DNA of 61,863 nt, counting the filler. It is 5 parts of 5 records of this genome, joined end to end, with 100 filler letters (N's around TTAATTAATTAA, not from the genome) between each part and the next. Parts side by side here need not be neighbours in the genome. Positions count along the whole stretch, not along the records: positions 48,178 to 55,812 come from SRR22947725_1370; positions 55,913 to 61,863 come from SRR22947725_1372; 3 more parts are not named here. The stretch is one strand, 5' to 3'. The notes under the pieces are model-generated. The model was not told the DNA's origin and did no database searches. It saw only the letters and a list, made by a program, of their open reading frames with translations. The first letter of the stretch is position 1. Each line of letters opens with the position of its first letter. A program made the translations under genes and the position numbers. Shown here one piece after another: positions 48,178 through 58,421 of this stretch.

Positions 48178-48900
48178 CTTGGTCTCATTTGTGGAAACCT
48201 AACTGCACCCTCCGCAAGTAAGCCGGCACTGCTTACTCATTATGAAGTCGAAACCGTATTTCACGAATTTGGTCACCTCCTTCATCATTTATGCGGAGAA
48301 GTACCTCACCGCAGCTTGAACGGAGTCAATGTGGCATGGGATTTTGTAGAACTTCCTTCTCAAATTATGGAAAATTGGTGCTGGGAGCGTGTCAGTCTAG
48401 ACCTATTTGCAAGACACCATAAAACGGGAGAAACCATTCCGGAAGATTTATTTCAAAAGATGCTCCGGGCTCGAAACTTTATGGCAGGAAATGCAATGAT
48501 GAGACAACTTGCATTTTCCAAGTTGGATTTATTTTTACACCGAACTCTCGCATTGCAGGAATTTGATGATTTAGAAAAGGCAATTCAATCAGAACTGAAA
48601 GAATATTTCCCAAAAAGAAAATCTCCTGCCCGCACTATTACCCACCGATTTAGCCATCTATTTAGTAGTCCTGTTGGCTATGCGGCTGCGTATTATTCAT
48701 ACAAATGGGCCGAGGTTCTTGATGCGGATGCCTTTACCCGCTTTCAAGAAGAGGGTGTGATGAATCCTGAAATTGGTCATCGATTTAGACAGCATATTTT
48801 AAGCAAAGGAAATTCACTTCCTCCCGATCAATTATATCGAAATTTCATGGAACGGGACCCAAAGATAGAAGCTCTGCTTCAAAGAAGCGGTCTTTCATAA
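48178..48900 (+). CDS. M3 family oligopeptidase A, C-terminal part (5'-truncated)
   Basis: Frame is open from 48178 with [20 protein letters not shown] and [18 protein letters not shown]. Confidence 0.93.
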   Translation, partial: LGLICGNLTAPSASKPALLTHYEVETVFHEFGHLLHHLCGEVPHRSLNGVNVAWDFVELPSQIMENWCWERVSLDLFARHHKTGETIPEDLFQKMLRARNFMAGNAMMRQLAFSKLDLFLHRTLALQEFDDLEKAIQSELKEYFPKRKSPARTITHRFSHLFSSPVGYAAAYYSYKWAEVLDADAFTRFQEEGVMNPEIGHRFRQHILSKGNSLPPDQLYRNFMERDPKIEALLQRSGLS

Positions 48901-48923
48901 TCTACAAACCTAGTTCAACTTTT

Positions 48924-49319
48924 ATGTCTACAAAGCCACAAGTCCTAGCTTGGATAACCTGCGATTCAGTTTATGTAGATCCGGCTACTGGCAAAAATAC
49001 CCTGCTGGGTATTTTCTCGAATTTAAGAGCCAAAGAATTTCCAGTAGTTCACCCCCGGATGATCTGGTTTCTCTCTTTCTCTGATTTGACCCAGGGAAAA
49101 CATATGCTCAAAATTTCTATTGGTATTCCAATGGCGGAAGATGAACCAAGGACTATTATTGATCGCAAATTTGAATCTCCCGGTCCCCAACACCGCATAA
49201 ATTTAATTAACGATATTCATCGTTTAAAATTTGAAAAACCGGGGAATTACTCAATTCTTATTGAAATTGATGACCAGGTTGTCCTCGCCAGCACATTTCC
49301 GATCACTCAAGTTTCCTAA
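48924..49319 (+). CDS. Conserved hypothetical protein (DUF6941-like)
   Basis: CD.V..D..TGK..LLGIF and F..PG.Y motifs. Confidence 0.6.
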   Translation: MSTKPQVLAWITCDSVYVDPATGKNTLLGIFSNLRAKEFPVVHPRMIWFLSFSDLTQGKHMLKISIGIPMAEDEPRTIIDRKFESPGPQHRINLINDIHRLKFEKPGNYSILIEIDDQVVLASTFPITQVS

Positions 49320-49321
49320 AT

Positions 49322-50038
49322 ATGAAATACTTACCTGCGCTCCTATTTATTTTTTTTACTTTGGTTTCTTTTTCAATCGCAAATGAAAGAGCTTCATCAA
49401 TTGAAAAATTTTCCGTTCCATTTCTAGAAAAAATCGAGGGTTGGCCAGTTGAATGGAATCCTGATTTTAAGAACAGCGAGAATCGGATGTTATTTAAAGA
49501 TGTAAAAAAAGCCCTCGCCAATCACCTTCAACGAATTACCTACATCTTAGATCAAGAAAAGGTCGAGGTATTGCGTAAATTATACATCCGAGTAGACCTG
49601 AACCACAAATTAACCACTATGCAATACCATCCAAGCAAGCGATGGTTACTCACAAACAAGCACGACCCAACACTAGAAAAAAGAGTTCATATCCCTAGGG
49701 CCCATCAACTTTTAAGCAAGGACCAGTGGGCTAAACACCCCTATGTAGTTTTGCACGAACTCGCGCATTCCTATCATGATCAAATTCTCAGTTTTGATCA
49801 CCAGGAAATTATAAATTCTTATCAACGGGCTGAAAAAAAGGGCCTTTATGAAAAAGTTCTGCTTTTCCGCGGTGGAAAAACAAGTCATTATGCACGGACA
49901 AATCATAAGGAATTTTTTGCCGAGATGTCCGAATCATACATTGGAGTTAATGACTTTTATCCCTTTGTCAGGGCCGAATTGGAAGAGCATGACCCCACAA
50001 CATTTGCTCTTATGAAAAAAATTTGGGGGAAGATTTAA
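49322..50038 (+). CDS. Secreted zinc metallopeptidase (HExxH, lethal-factor/Mlc-titration-factor-like)
   Basis: Signal peptide, HELAH and YARTNHKEFFAE. Confidence 0.8.
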   Translation: MKYLPALLFIFFTLVSFSIANERASSIEKFSVPFLEKIEGWPVEWNPDFKNSENRMLFKDVKKALANHLQRITYILDQEKVEVLRKLYIRVDLNHKLTTMQYHPSKRWLLTNKHDPTLEKRVHIPRAHQLLSKDQWAKHPYVVLHELAHSYHDQILSFDHQEIINSYQRAEKKGLYEKVLLFRGGKTSHYARTNHKEFFAEMSESYIGVNDFYPFVRAELEEHDPTTFALMKKIWGKI

Positions 50039-50336
50039 GGACGTTTTGAAATCAGTTTTTTAATTCAGTAGAATCCTTAGATTGCTACCGACTCGACCTA
50101 CTAATGAGCAAAAAACTGGCCATTCACCAGTTGCTAATTGAGCAATCAAAGAGGTTGCGAATTGCATTTTAATTTATAAATTTTCAATCAATAATGACTC
50201 CGTTCAAACTGCATGATTAGAATAAAATGATGAATCGGAACTTAAGATTCAAGCCGATTGATCTCCCCTACAAATGCAAGAAAACTTTACCCTTGTTCTC
50301 TTGAGCTTCTTTTAAAATTCGATATCTTACTTCACT

Positions 50337-51278
50337 ATGTCTGATCGTATTAAATCTGATTCCTCTTCAGTTTCCCCATTACTTGTGGTGGGTTCTGTTG
50401 CTTTTGATAATGTCATCACTCCCTACGGTGAAAAAGAGCACATTCTTGGAGGTGCAGCGTCCTACTGTTCTTTCGCGGCGAGTTACTATACCGATGTACA
50501 AATGGTGGGAGTGATTGGTAATGATTTTGGAGAAGAATATCTGGACCGCCTACGTTCTCGTGGAATTGACTTGGAAGGTGTACAAAAAGATGAAAGTGGG
50601 CCCACTTTTTTTTGGAAAGGAAAATACCATGAAAACTTCAATCGTAGGGACACGCTTGATATTCAATTAAATGTCTTTGAGAAATTTCGACCCGACCTTC
50701 CGGATTCTTACAAAAATACTCCTTTTGTACTTCTTGGAAATATTCACCCGGCACTTCAGTCACATGTACTAGATCAGTTAGAAAGCGAAGCATATGTACT
50801 CGCGGACACGATCGATCTTTGGATTGAAATTGAAAGGAACGCACTACTTGATTTGATTAAAAGAATCAATTTATTTGTGATTAATGATACTGAAGCAGAA
50901 GAATTGACCGAAGAAAATAACATCATTCTTGCGGGGCAAAAATTGAGGAAGATGGGCCCGGAATCTGTCATTATTAAAAAAGGTGAACACGGAGCTATTC
51001 TCTTTCATGAAGATGGCATGTTTGCACTGCCTGCTTATCCGGTTACCGATCTTCGTGACCCGACTGGTGCGGGAGATTCTTTTGCCGGTGCCTTAATTGG
51101 ACGAATGGCATCACGAAATGCCTCCGACTTTAATACGATTAAAGAAGCAATGCTTTATGCAACCTCCACTGCAAGTTTAACCGTGGAAGCATTTGGGTGT
51201 GACCGGCTCGAATCCGCCGGAGCGAAAGAAATACAGGAAAGAGCAGATAGTCTACAAAAGCTGATCTCCGTTTCGTGA
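50337..51278 (+). CDS. PfkB-family carbohydrate/nucleoside kinase
   Basis: VGSVAFD, GGAASY, IND.EA, KKGEHG and DPTGAGDSFAG. Confidence 0.92.
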   Translation: MSDRIKSDSSSVSPLLVVGSVAFDNVITPYGEKEHILGGAASYCSFAASYYTDVQMVGVIGNDFGEEYLDRLRSRGIDLEGVQKDESGPTFFWKGKYHENFNRRDTLDIQLNVFEKFRPDLPDSYKNTPFVLLGNIHPALQSHVLDQLESEAYVLADTIDLWIEIERNALLDLIKRINLFVINDTEAEELTEENNIILAGQKLRKMGPESVIIKKGEHGAILFHEDGMFALPAYPVTDLRDPTGAGDSFAGALIGRMASRNASDFNTIKEAMLYATSTASLTVEAFGCDRLESAGAKEIQERADSLQKLISVS

Positions 51279-53621
51279 CTCGAAGCACTTGTCGGGGCAA
51301 GGAATTTCAACAAACCCCTATTCCGATCAGTTCCTTGTTACAATCAAGTGCGTTCTTTTATTTCTTTTCTTTTCTGACTCCCCTCTTTTTTATATCCGGG
51401 TGTGCAGAAAAAGAGACTGGGTCCGCCGAATTACCCTCCCCTATTGCGATGAAAGAAAATAAGGAAGGAAAACATTCGGATATACAAAATAAGCATTCTT
51501 CGCGACTCCCCCCCCCCCGAGCCTTCAGAAATTGCTCAACTGCCACGTGATGGTGGAGTGGAGTTTAATCGTTTGGTATTTGAAAGCAGTCCTTACCTTC
51601 TTCAACATGCCCGTAACCCAATCGACTGGTATCCTTGGGGGGAGGAAGCATTTTCAAAAGCATTAAAAGAAAATAAACCAGTCTTTCTTTCTATTGGTTA
51701 CACCACTTGTCATTGGTGTCATGTGATGGAACATGAATCCTTTGAAGATGATGAGGTCGCGGAATTAATGAATAAGGACTATATTTGTATTAAAGTGGAC
51801 CGGGAAGAAAGGCCAGATGTAGACAATGTCTATATGTCTGTCACACAGATGATGACTGGTCAAGGCGGTTGGCCCATGACAGTAATCATGTCACCCGAAA
51901 AAGTTCCTTTCTTCGCCGGCACATATTTTCCAAAATCTTCCATGACCCAACTGATCCCACATTTTGCAAATATTTGGAAAAAGGAAAGAAGCAAGGTAAC
52001 AGAAGTCGGTAATGCAATCATGCAAAGCCTAAATGAAATGCAGGCGAATCAAGCTGGTGGAGACTTAAATGCAAGTCACCTCGACGCTTGTTTCCAGGCA
52101 TTGCTGACAGATTATGACTCACAATATGGAGGTTTTGGGAATAAACCTAAATTTCCAACTGCTCATACGCTAAGCTTTCTTCTACGTTATCATAAAAGAA
52201 CCGGAGAGAAAAAGGCCTTAGAAATAGTAAAGCACAGTCTTCAAAAAATTCATCAGGGCGGAGTGTATGATCAAGTCGGCATGGGAATTCACCGGTACTC
52301 TGTCGATGAAGAATGGCTTATTCCTCATTTCGAAAAAATGCTCTACGATCAGGCCCTATTTGCCCAGGCAAATTTGGAATGCTTTCAAATTACAAAGTCT
52401 GAGTATTTTGCACAAACTACAAAGGAAATCCTTAGTTATGTAATCCGAGATTTGACCTCACCTGAAGGTGGATTTTATTCTGCCGAAGATGCAGATAGTG
52501 AGGGAGAAGAAGGAAAATTTTATGTATGGACTGAGTCGGAAGTAATAGAAATTCTGGGAATTGAGGATGGCAGCTTTTTTAACGAAACTTATCGGTTCGA
52601 AAAAGAAGGAAATTTCCTGGATGAAGCCACACATCAAAAAAACGGGACGAATATTCCCCATTTACGAAAATCTCTCGATGAAATCGCCCAAGAAAAAAAT
52701 CAATCACCACAAGAATTTCGGGATAAAATAGACTCGCTAAAAGCAACTCTCTTTGCGGCTAGAAAAAAACGAATCCATCCGCAAAAAGATGATAAAGTAC
52801 TGACCGACTGGAACGGATTAATGATTTCAACTTTTGCACAAGCGGCAAAGGCATTGGATCAAGATAAATATTTAAAAATCGCCCAAAATGCCGCCGATTT
52901 TTGTCTTTCCGAATTAAGGCTACCCAACGGACGACTTTTAAAAAGGTGGCGTCGTGGAAAAGCGGGACTTCCTGCGCATTTAGAAGATTACGCTTTTTTT
53001 AGCCAAGGATTAATTGATTTATACGAAGCAAGTTTTGATATTCAATACTTGAAAGCAGCGATCGAATTGGTGGACCTCACGATTGTCCATTTTGAAGATC
53101 AAGAAAAGGGCGGGTTTTTTCTGACCGCGGATGATGGAGAAAAACTTTTAATCAGGGCGAAGGAGATCTATGATGGTGCAATTCCGTCCGGTAATTCAGT
53201 CATGGCGCTCAACCTACTTCGTATCAATAAAATTACAGGTAATAAGAAATACCTCACCTCTGCAGAAAATTTATTTTCTGCATTTTCTGGTTTTATAGAA
53301 AAAAATCCACAAGGTGCAGAAGTATTACTACATGCCCTTGACTTCGCCCTCGCTCCAGCAAAAGAAATCGTAATCGTGGGAGATCCAAGCATGGATGATA
53401 CCAAGGAATTGATTAGAGAAGTGAATCAACACTTCCTCCCAGCAAAAGTTGTACTCTTTCGTTCCACGCAAGTTACAAATCCGGAAATTTTAGAGTTTGC
53501 ACCTTTTATCACAACCCATCGGTTAGTGGATGGAAAACCTGCCGTTTACATTTGCGAAAATCAAACTTGCCAGCAACCCGAAGTCAGTGCGGAAAAAATT
53601 AGAGAGCTATTGGGAAAATAG
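51275..53621 (+). CDS. Thioredoxin-domain YyaL/SSP411 (DUF255) protein with a lipoprotein leader, frameshifted at a C11 tract
   Basis: [33 protein letters not shown] and PHFEKMLYD; the upstream ORF has lipobox ISG-C; removing one C from 51508-51518 joins the frames. Confidence 0.8.
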
Positions 53622-53628
53622 TAAGAAA

Positions 53629-54336
53629 TTAATTCTTTGTACCTACATGTAAGGCAACAATCGAGAAAGTAAGTGCTTCAATATTCACATTCTCAAAGCC
53701 CACTTCTTCCAGTTCCCCACCCAATTCGGCACGGTTTGGAAAATTGGAAATACTGGTGCCCAAATAAAGATAGGCATCACGATCACCGGTAACTATTCGA
53801 GCAAACCAAGGTAAGAGTAGGCGGAGATAAAAATAATAAAAGGGCCGAAACCACCAATAAGGTTGAGTAAACTCCAATACAATCAAACGCCCATTTGGTT
53901 TAAGAACACGATAAATCTCGGCCAATCCTTTTTTACGATCTGCTAAGTTTCGAAGGCCAAAAGAAATCGTTACCAAATCAAAGCTTGAATCTTCAAATGG
54001 AAGATCCAGGCAGTCTCCTTCTATAAACTGATACTGTTGAGAATCTAATCCAAGTCGGCCTCGTTTTTTACGTGCTTGTTTAAGCATAGGTTCACAAAAA
54101 TCGAGCCCGATAATTTCAACAGTTGAAGCAAGGCCTTCCTGTAATGCAAAGGCAACATCTCCACTGCCTGTTGCCAAATCAAGGATTCTTGAACAAGGTG
54201 CCCGCCTTGCTAAATTGACTAGTTTTTTACGCCAATAAAAATCAATCCCACCAGAAAGTAAATGATTCGCAATATCATATCGATCAGCAACGCGGGTAAA
54301 AGTTTCTCGAACCGCATCAGGATCAGGATTACTCAC
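53629..54336 (-). CDS. ubiE: UbiE/MenG quinone C-methyltransferase
   Basis: F..VA.RYD..N.LLS.G, LDLATGSGD, ISFGLRN, RVLKP.G and AY.YL..SI. Confidence 0.9.
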   Translation of the reverse strand: MSNPDPDAVRETFTRVADRYDIANHLLSGGIDFYWRKKLVNLARRAPCSRILDLATGSGDVAFALQEGLASTVEIIGLDFCEPMLKQARKKRGRLGLDSQQYQFIEGDCLDLPFEDSSFDLVTISFGLRNLADRKKGLAEIYRVLKPNGRLIVLEFTQPYWWFRPFYYFYLRLLLPWFARIVTGDRDAYLYLGTSISNFPNRAELGGELEEVGFENVNIEALTFSIVALHVGTKN

Positions 54337-54339
54337 GCC

Positions 54340-55812
54340 TTACGAATCCTTGCTTTTACCAAAGCTCTCGACTACCCATTGAGATAATTCCTTATCCGGG
54401 TCGTCCACTACTTTCTTATCAATTACAAATTCCTTTTTACCTGTTCTTTGGTTAATGATGCCCAAACCATGAATGAAATCAGAGAATTTTCTTTCACAAA
54501 TCGCACGCACAGATCGCCCCTCAGCGATTGATTCCTTTACAATCGCTGTCTTCGCAACCTTGCGAAACTTGAGAATATAGCCACATTCTTTTCTAAATTG
54601 TTCCGCATAACGATCTACATCTTCAAGTAAGGAATCATCCAATTCATCCCTCCTTTCTTCAAGTAAAATTTCAAGTTCTTCTCCTGGATTTTCAACGGTG
54701 TTAGCAGAGACTGAAAAATCTCGTATTGCAGTGGAGGGAAGTTCAAATTTAAAATCTCGAAAGGTTTTTTCCAAAATAGTCACTAATCCACGGGCACCCG
54801 TTTTTTCTTCAGCTGCTTTTTCGGCTATTTTTTCGATCGCATCCTCGCCAATCTCAATACTGATGTCGTAACCAGAAAAATCATTTTTGTATTGTTCCAA
54901 TACATTTCCTTCAGACGAACTAAGAATTTGAGCAAGGTCGTCCTTATTCAATTCTTCACAGGAAACACGAACTGGTAATCGACCAATAAATTCGGGCTCA
55001 AAACCATAGTCTATAAAATCGCGCGTCTCCGCCTGAGATAAAAAGCGATTTGCCGATTCACTCGATGAAATATTTTCTTCTGCCGAGCCAAAACCAATTC
55101 GGTTTAAGTCGAGTCGTTTACGAATGTTTTCACCCAGTTGATCAAATGCACCACTTACAATAAACAATATATTTCTTGTGCTTACCGTACTCTTTTTAGG
55201 CTTATTTCCTTTCTGCATATCCATAAAGGATTTCATCTGACCCATCATATCCTGAGGGGCATGCAGATTCACTTCAGTCTCCTCCATTAATTTAAGCAGA
55301 TTGATTTGAACCCCCCGACCGGAAACATCTTTGCCCGTCTTTGAAGACTCCGAGGCTATTTTATCGATCTCATCCACATACACGATTCCAAATTCTGCAA
55401 GTTCAACATCACCATCAGCAGATTTTACCAAGTCCCGCACAATATCTTCCACATCATATCCAACATATCCAGTCTCCGAGAATTTTGTCGCATCCGCCTT
55501 AATAAAAGGCACGCCAATTAATTTCGCAACATTACGCATCAGAAAGGTCTTGCCTACCCCAGTTGGACCAAGAAGGAGAACATTAGGCTTCACATATTCA
55601 TTTTTGGCCAGTTTCTCGTTTTCTAAGCAACGGCGGACATGATTGTAATGATCGCAAACGGCAACCGATAAAACGCGCTTGGCCTGCTCCTGCTTGATTA
55701 CAAAACGATCCAAATAATCACGAATTTCCTTTGGTCTACGATCAAAGGAACGAATGGTGTCTAACCTCTCATCACGAGTCGCATCTTCCGGCGGAGGAGG
55801 CTTACTCTCCTT
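54340..55812 (-). CDS. ClpX-like AAA+ ATPase with C-terminal extension (5'-truncated)
   Basis: GPTGVGKT, DATKFSETGYVG, DEIDKI, DVSGRGVQ..LLK, PEFIGRLP and TGARGL; frame is open to the contig edge. Confidence 0.85.
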   Translation of the reverse strand, partial: KESKPPPPEDATRDERLDTIRSFDRRPKEIRDYLDRFVIKQEQAKRVLSVAVCDHYNHVRRCLENEKLAKNEYVKPNVLLLGPTGVGKTFLMRNVAKLIGVPFIKADATKFSETGYVGYDVEDIVRDLVKSADGDVELAEFGIVYVDEIDKIASESSKTGKDVSGRGVQINLLKLMEETEVNLHAPQDMMGQMKSFMDMQKGNKPKKSTVSTRNILFIVSGAFDQLGENIRKRLDLNRIGFGSAEENISSSESANRFLSQAETRDFIDYGFEPEFIGRLPVRVSCEELNKDDLAQILSSSEGNVLEQYKNDFSGYDISIEIGEDAIEKIAEKAAEEKTGARGLVTILEKTFRDFKFELPSTAIRDFSVSANTVENPGEELEILLEERRDELDDSLLEDVDRYAEQFRKECGYILKFRKVAKTAIVKESIAEGRSVRAICERKFSDFIHGLGIINQRTGKKEFVIDKKVVDDPDKELSQWVVESFGKSKDS

Positions 55813-55912
55813 NNNNNNNNNNNNNNNNNNNNNNNNNNNNNNNNNNNNNNNNNNNNTTAATTAATTAANNNNNNNNNNNNNNNNNNNNNNNNNNNNNNNN
55901 NNNNNNNNNNNN
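55813..55912. other. Artificial contig linker
   Basis: N44-TTAATTAATTAA-N44. Confidence 0.98.
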
Positions 55913-55939
55913 ATCCGAACCGATGCAAGGCATTGCCTA

Positions 55940-56740
55940 ATGTCGGCATGCGACCTTGTTGTCTCGGATATTGTTCATACACGGCATGGTGGTGAGCATC
56001 ATCCGGTATCGCATGTTTTGCGCCGGCCTGGCTTGTCGATCTGGATTGATCTTGATCGCTTGCAAGAGGCAAATCGGCAAAGCCCGTTTTTTTCTGTCGA
56101 TCGGTTCAATTTGCTTGGGTTTCATCAAGCCGATTACGGGCCAAATTTCAAATCAAAGGCCGCGCTGATTCAGCTTGCCGATTATGTTCGCCAGATCGCT
56201 GGCGAAGTGATTCCTGAAAAAAAGGTTGAATCGGTGCATCTTTTGACCTTTCCGCGTATTTTGGGGGCGGTGTTTAACCCGCTGTCGGTCTATGTTGCGG
56301 GTGATGCGTCAGGGCGCGATATTCTGTATATCTATGAAGTGCGAAACACTTTTGGTGATATGCATGCCTATATCGGCGCGCCAACCCCCAATCATGCAAC
56401 GCTTGAGGCCGAAAAGATCCTGCATGTGTCGCCATTTTTCCCGTTGAAAGGCCACTATCGGCTGCGTTTGCGGATGGATGATGGCGCTATTAGTCTAGCC
56501 ATGCGTTATTTGATTGACGACCGGCCAGCACTTACCGCGACATTGCGCGGAACCCGTCGTAGGCTTGCGAATGGCCATCTTTTTCAAAGTCTGGTGAAGA
56601 CCAGGCAATTTCCCTTCAGACCAATCATTTCAATCCATTTTGAGGCTTTGAAACTATGGCTGAAAAAGGTACCGTTCTACCCAAGGCCAGTTCCGCCTTC
56701 CAAATGGTCGCGTACTAAAAATTTTGATAAGGCTAATTAA
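55940..56740 (+). CDS. DUF1365 protein (UfaO-like)
   Basis: H.R, PRILGAVFNPLS, YEVRNTFG, K.LHVSPF and IHFEALKLW.K. Confidence 0.88.
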   Translation: MSACDLVVSDIVHTRHGGEHHPVSHVLRRPGLSIWIDLDRLQEANRQSPFFSVDRFNLLGFHQADYGPNFKSKAALIQLADYVRQIAGEVIPEKKVESVHLLTFPRILGAVFNPLSVYVAGDASGRDILYIYEVRNTFGDMHAYIGAPTPNHATLEAEKILHVSPFFPLKGHYRLRLRMDDGAISLAMRYLIDDRPALTATLRGTRRRLANGHLFQSLVKTRQFPFRPIISIHFEALKLWLKKVPFYPRPVPPSKWSRTKNFDKAN

Positions 56741-56743
56741 GTA

Positions 56744-57934
56744 ATGTTTTCTAGTTTTTTGCAGCGACATCAGGATAAATTGCTGTTCGCGATCCTTGGC
56801 AATCTTCAATGCGGTGAGATTTTTCTGACCATGCCAGATGGCCAACAACATCAGTTTTTGGGCCCATTAAAAGGCCCAAAAGCCGATTTGAAAATTCACA
56901 GTAAAGAAGCGGTTCGCCGAATTCTAAGTGACGGTAAAATGGGGTTTTGCGAGGCATTTATGGATGGACATCTAAGCTCTGATGCGCTTCCTGAATTAAT
57001 CGAGCTTGCGGCGCGTCACGACACCTACCTTGAAGAACAGCTAAAGACAAATCTGCTTCGCAAATGGGGGTTACGGCTGTTTCACCATTTGCGCCGCAAC
57101 AGCAAAGACGGGTCGGCGAAAAATATCGCGCATCATTATGATCTTGGTAATAGTTTCTATCAGGCATGGCTCGATCCAACCATGACCTATTCATCGGCGG
57201 TGTTTGATTCGGATGACGATGATCTGACCACGGCACAAATCAATAAATACAAGCGGCTTGCCGAACTTGCCGATATTCAGCCCGGTGATCAGGTTCTGGA
57301 AATCGGTTGTGGCTGGGGTGGCTTTGCCAAATATGTTACCAGCGAAATTGGCGCAAAGGTGACAGGAATTACCATCTCAAAAGAACAATTTGCCTTTGCC
57401 AATTATATGATTGAGGAGGCTGGGCTTGGCGATAAGGTCGATTTGCGGCTAATGGATTATCGTGATCTGGAAGGGCGGTTTGACAAAATTGTCTCGATCG
57501 AAATGTTTGAAGCCGTTGGCAAGGATTATTGGCCAACCTATTTTGCGATCATGTCAAAAGTGCTGAAAAAGGGCGGGCGTGCGGTGATTCAATCAATCAC
57601 AATTGACCATGCTGCCTATCACTCCTACGCCAATCAGCCAGATTTTATCCAGCGTTACATCTTTCCAGGCGGCATGTTGCCATCATTGCCAATGCTGGAG
57701 CGCCCCTTGGCGGATGCCGGATTGCATCTGGTTTGCGAAAGCGGCTATGCCAGGCATTACGCACGCACGCTAGACCAATGGCGCCAACGATTTAACGCCG
57801 CATGGCCACAATTTGGCGAACAGCAGTTTGATAACCGGTTCAAGCGCATGTGGGACTTGTATCTTGCCTATTGCGAAGGTGGGTTCCGCGCTGGCATGAT
57901 TGACGTCAAACAGATGCTTTTGATGCATAAATAA
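56744..57934 (+). CDS. Cfa-family SAM-dependent fatty acyl methyltransferase (UfaM-like)
   Basis: NIAHHYDLGN, MTYSSA, LEIGCGWG, SIEMFEAVG, YIFPGG and YLAYCEGGF. Confidence 0.92.
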   Translation: MFSSFLQRHQDKLLFAILGNLQCGEIFLTMPDGQQHQFLGPLKGPKADLKIHSKEAVRRILSDGKMGFCEAFMDGHLSSDALPELIELAARHDTYLEEQLKTNLLRKWGLRLFHHLRRNSKDGSAKNIAHHYDLGNSFYQAWLDPTMTYSSAVFDSDDDDLTTAQINKYKRLAELADIQPGDQVLEIGCGWGGFAKYVTSEIGAKVTGITISKEQFAFANYMIEEAGLGDKVDLRLMDYRDLEGRFDKIVSIEMFEAVGKDYWPTYFAIMSKVLKKGGRAVIQSITIDHAAYHSYANQPDFIQRYIFPGGMLPSLPMLERPLADAGLHLVCESGYARHYARTLDQWRQRFNAAWPQFGEQQFDNRFKRMWDLYLAYCEGGFRAGMIDVKQMLLMHK

Positions 57935-57948
57935 GGGTTTTTGCCTAT

Positions 57949-58419
57949 TTATGCTGTTTTCAGCCGAAATAGCTTGAGAATGGGTCGGATGATCGCGCCA
58001 ATCACCGGCAAATAACGAAGCAATTGACTGGCACTATCCCAATGATCGATATGTTTGCTAATTTTCCCGTCAGCATCGATATGAATCTCGGTCATGCCAT
58101 GAAACAGCAAATTGGTATGCGGCCAGTTTTTTAAGCGGCCAGTCATATCCCAGCGAAGATAGCTTGCGCTTTTCGAATGGGCGACATCACTGACGGTGAA
58201 TTTTGGGTCGGTGCAGGTTTCATACATATGATTGAAAACCTGCCGAAAGCCCGCTTTGCCATGAATAACATTAAAGGGATCGCTGAACATAACATCCTCG
58301 GCCACAAGATCGTAAAGTTCTTCGACATTTTCCGGAGTGAGGGTGGTGAAAGCTGAAACATAAACATCAACAGGGTGGGGTTTTCGCGGCATTTTTACAG
58401 TCCTTTGAAATGACGCCAA
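57949..58419 (-). CDS. NTF2/SnoaL-like protein
   Basis: F.DPFN...G and GKI..H.D.WD; the real start may be MPRKPHP. Confidence 0.85.
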   Translation of the reverse strand: MASFQRTVKMPRKPHPVDVYVSAFTTLTPENVEELYDLVAEDVMFSDPFNVIHGKAGFRQVFNHMYETCTDPKFTVSDVAHSKSASYLRWDMTGRLKNWPHTNLLFHGMTEIHIDADGKISKHIDHWDSASQLLRYLPVIGAIIRPILKLFRLKTA

Positions 58420-58421
58420 CG

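Noticed and set aside
50039-50336. 300-bp intergenic region with weak inverted repeats (AACTGG/CCAGTT, AATCGG/CCGATT) as an ncRNA
   Set aside because: Stems are short and match no RNA family I can recognise; unsupported without covariation data.
18782-55912. Four identical TTAATTAATTAA motifs inside N runs, as a biological repeat or as scaffold gaps within one genome
   Set aside because: The fixed 44+12+44 layout with six-frame stops is an artificial joiner. Composition and gene content change at each one, so no cross-linker gene context is valid.
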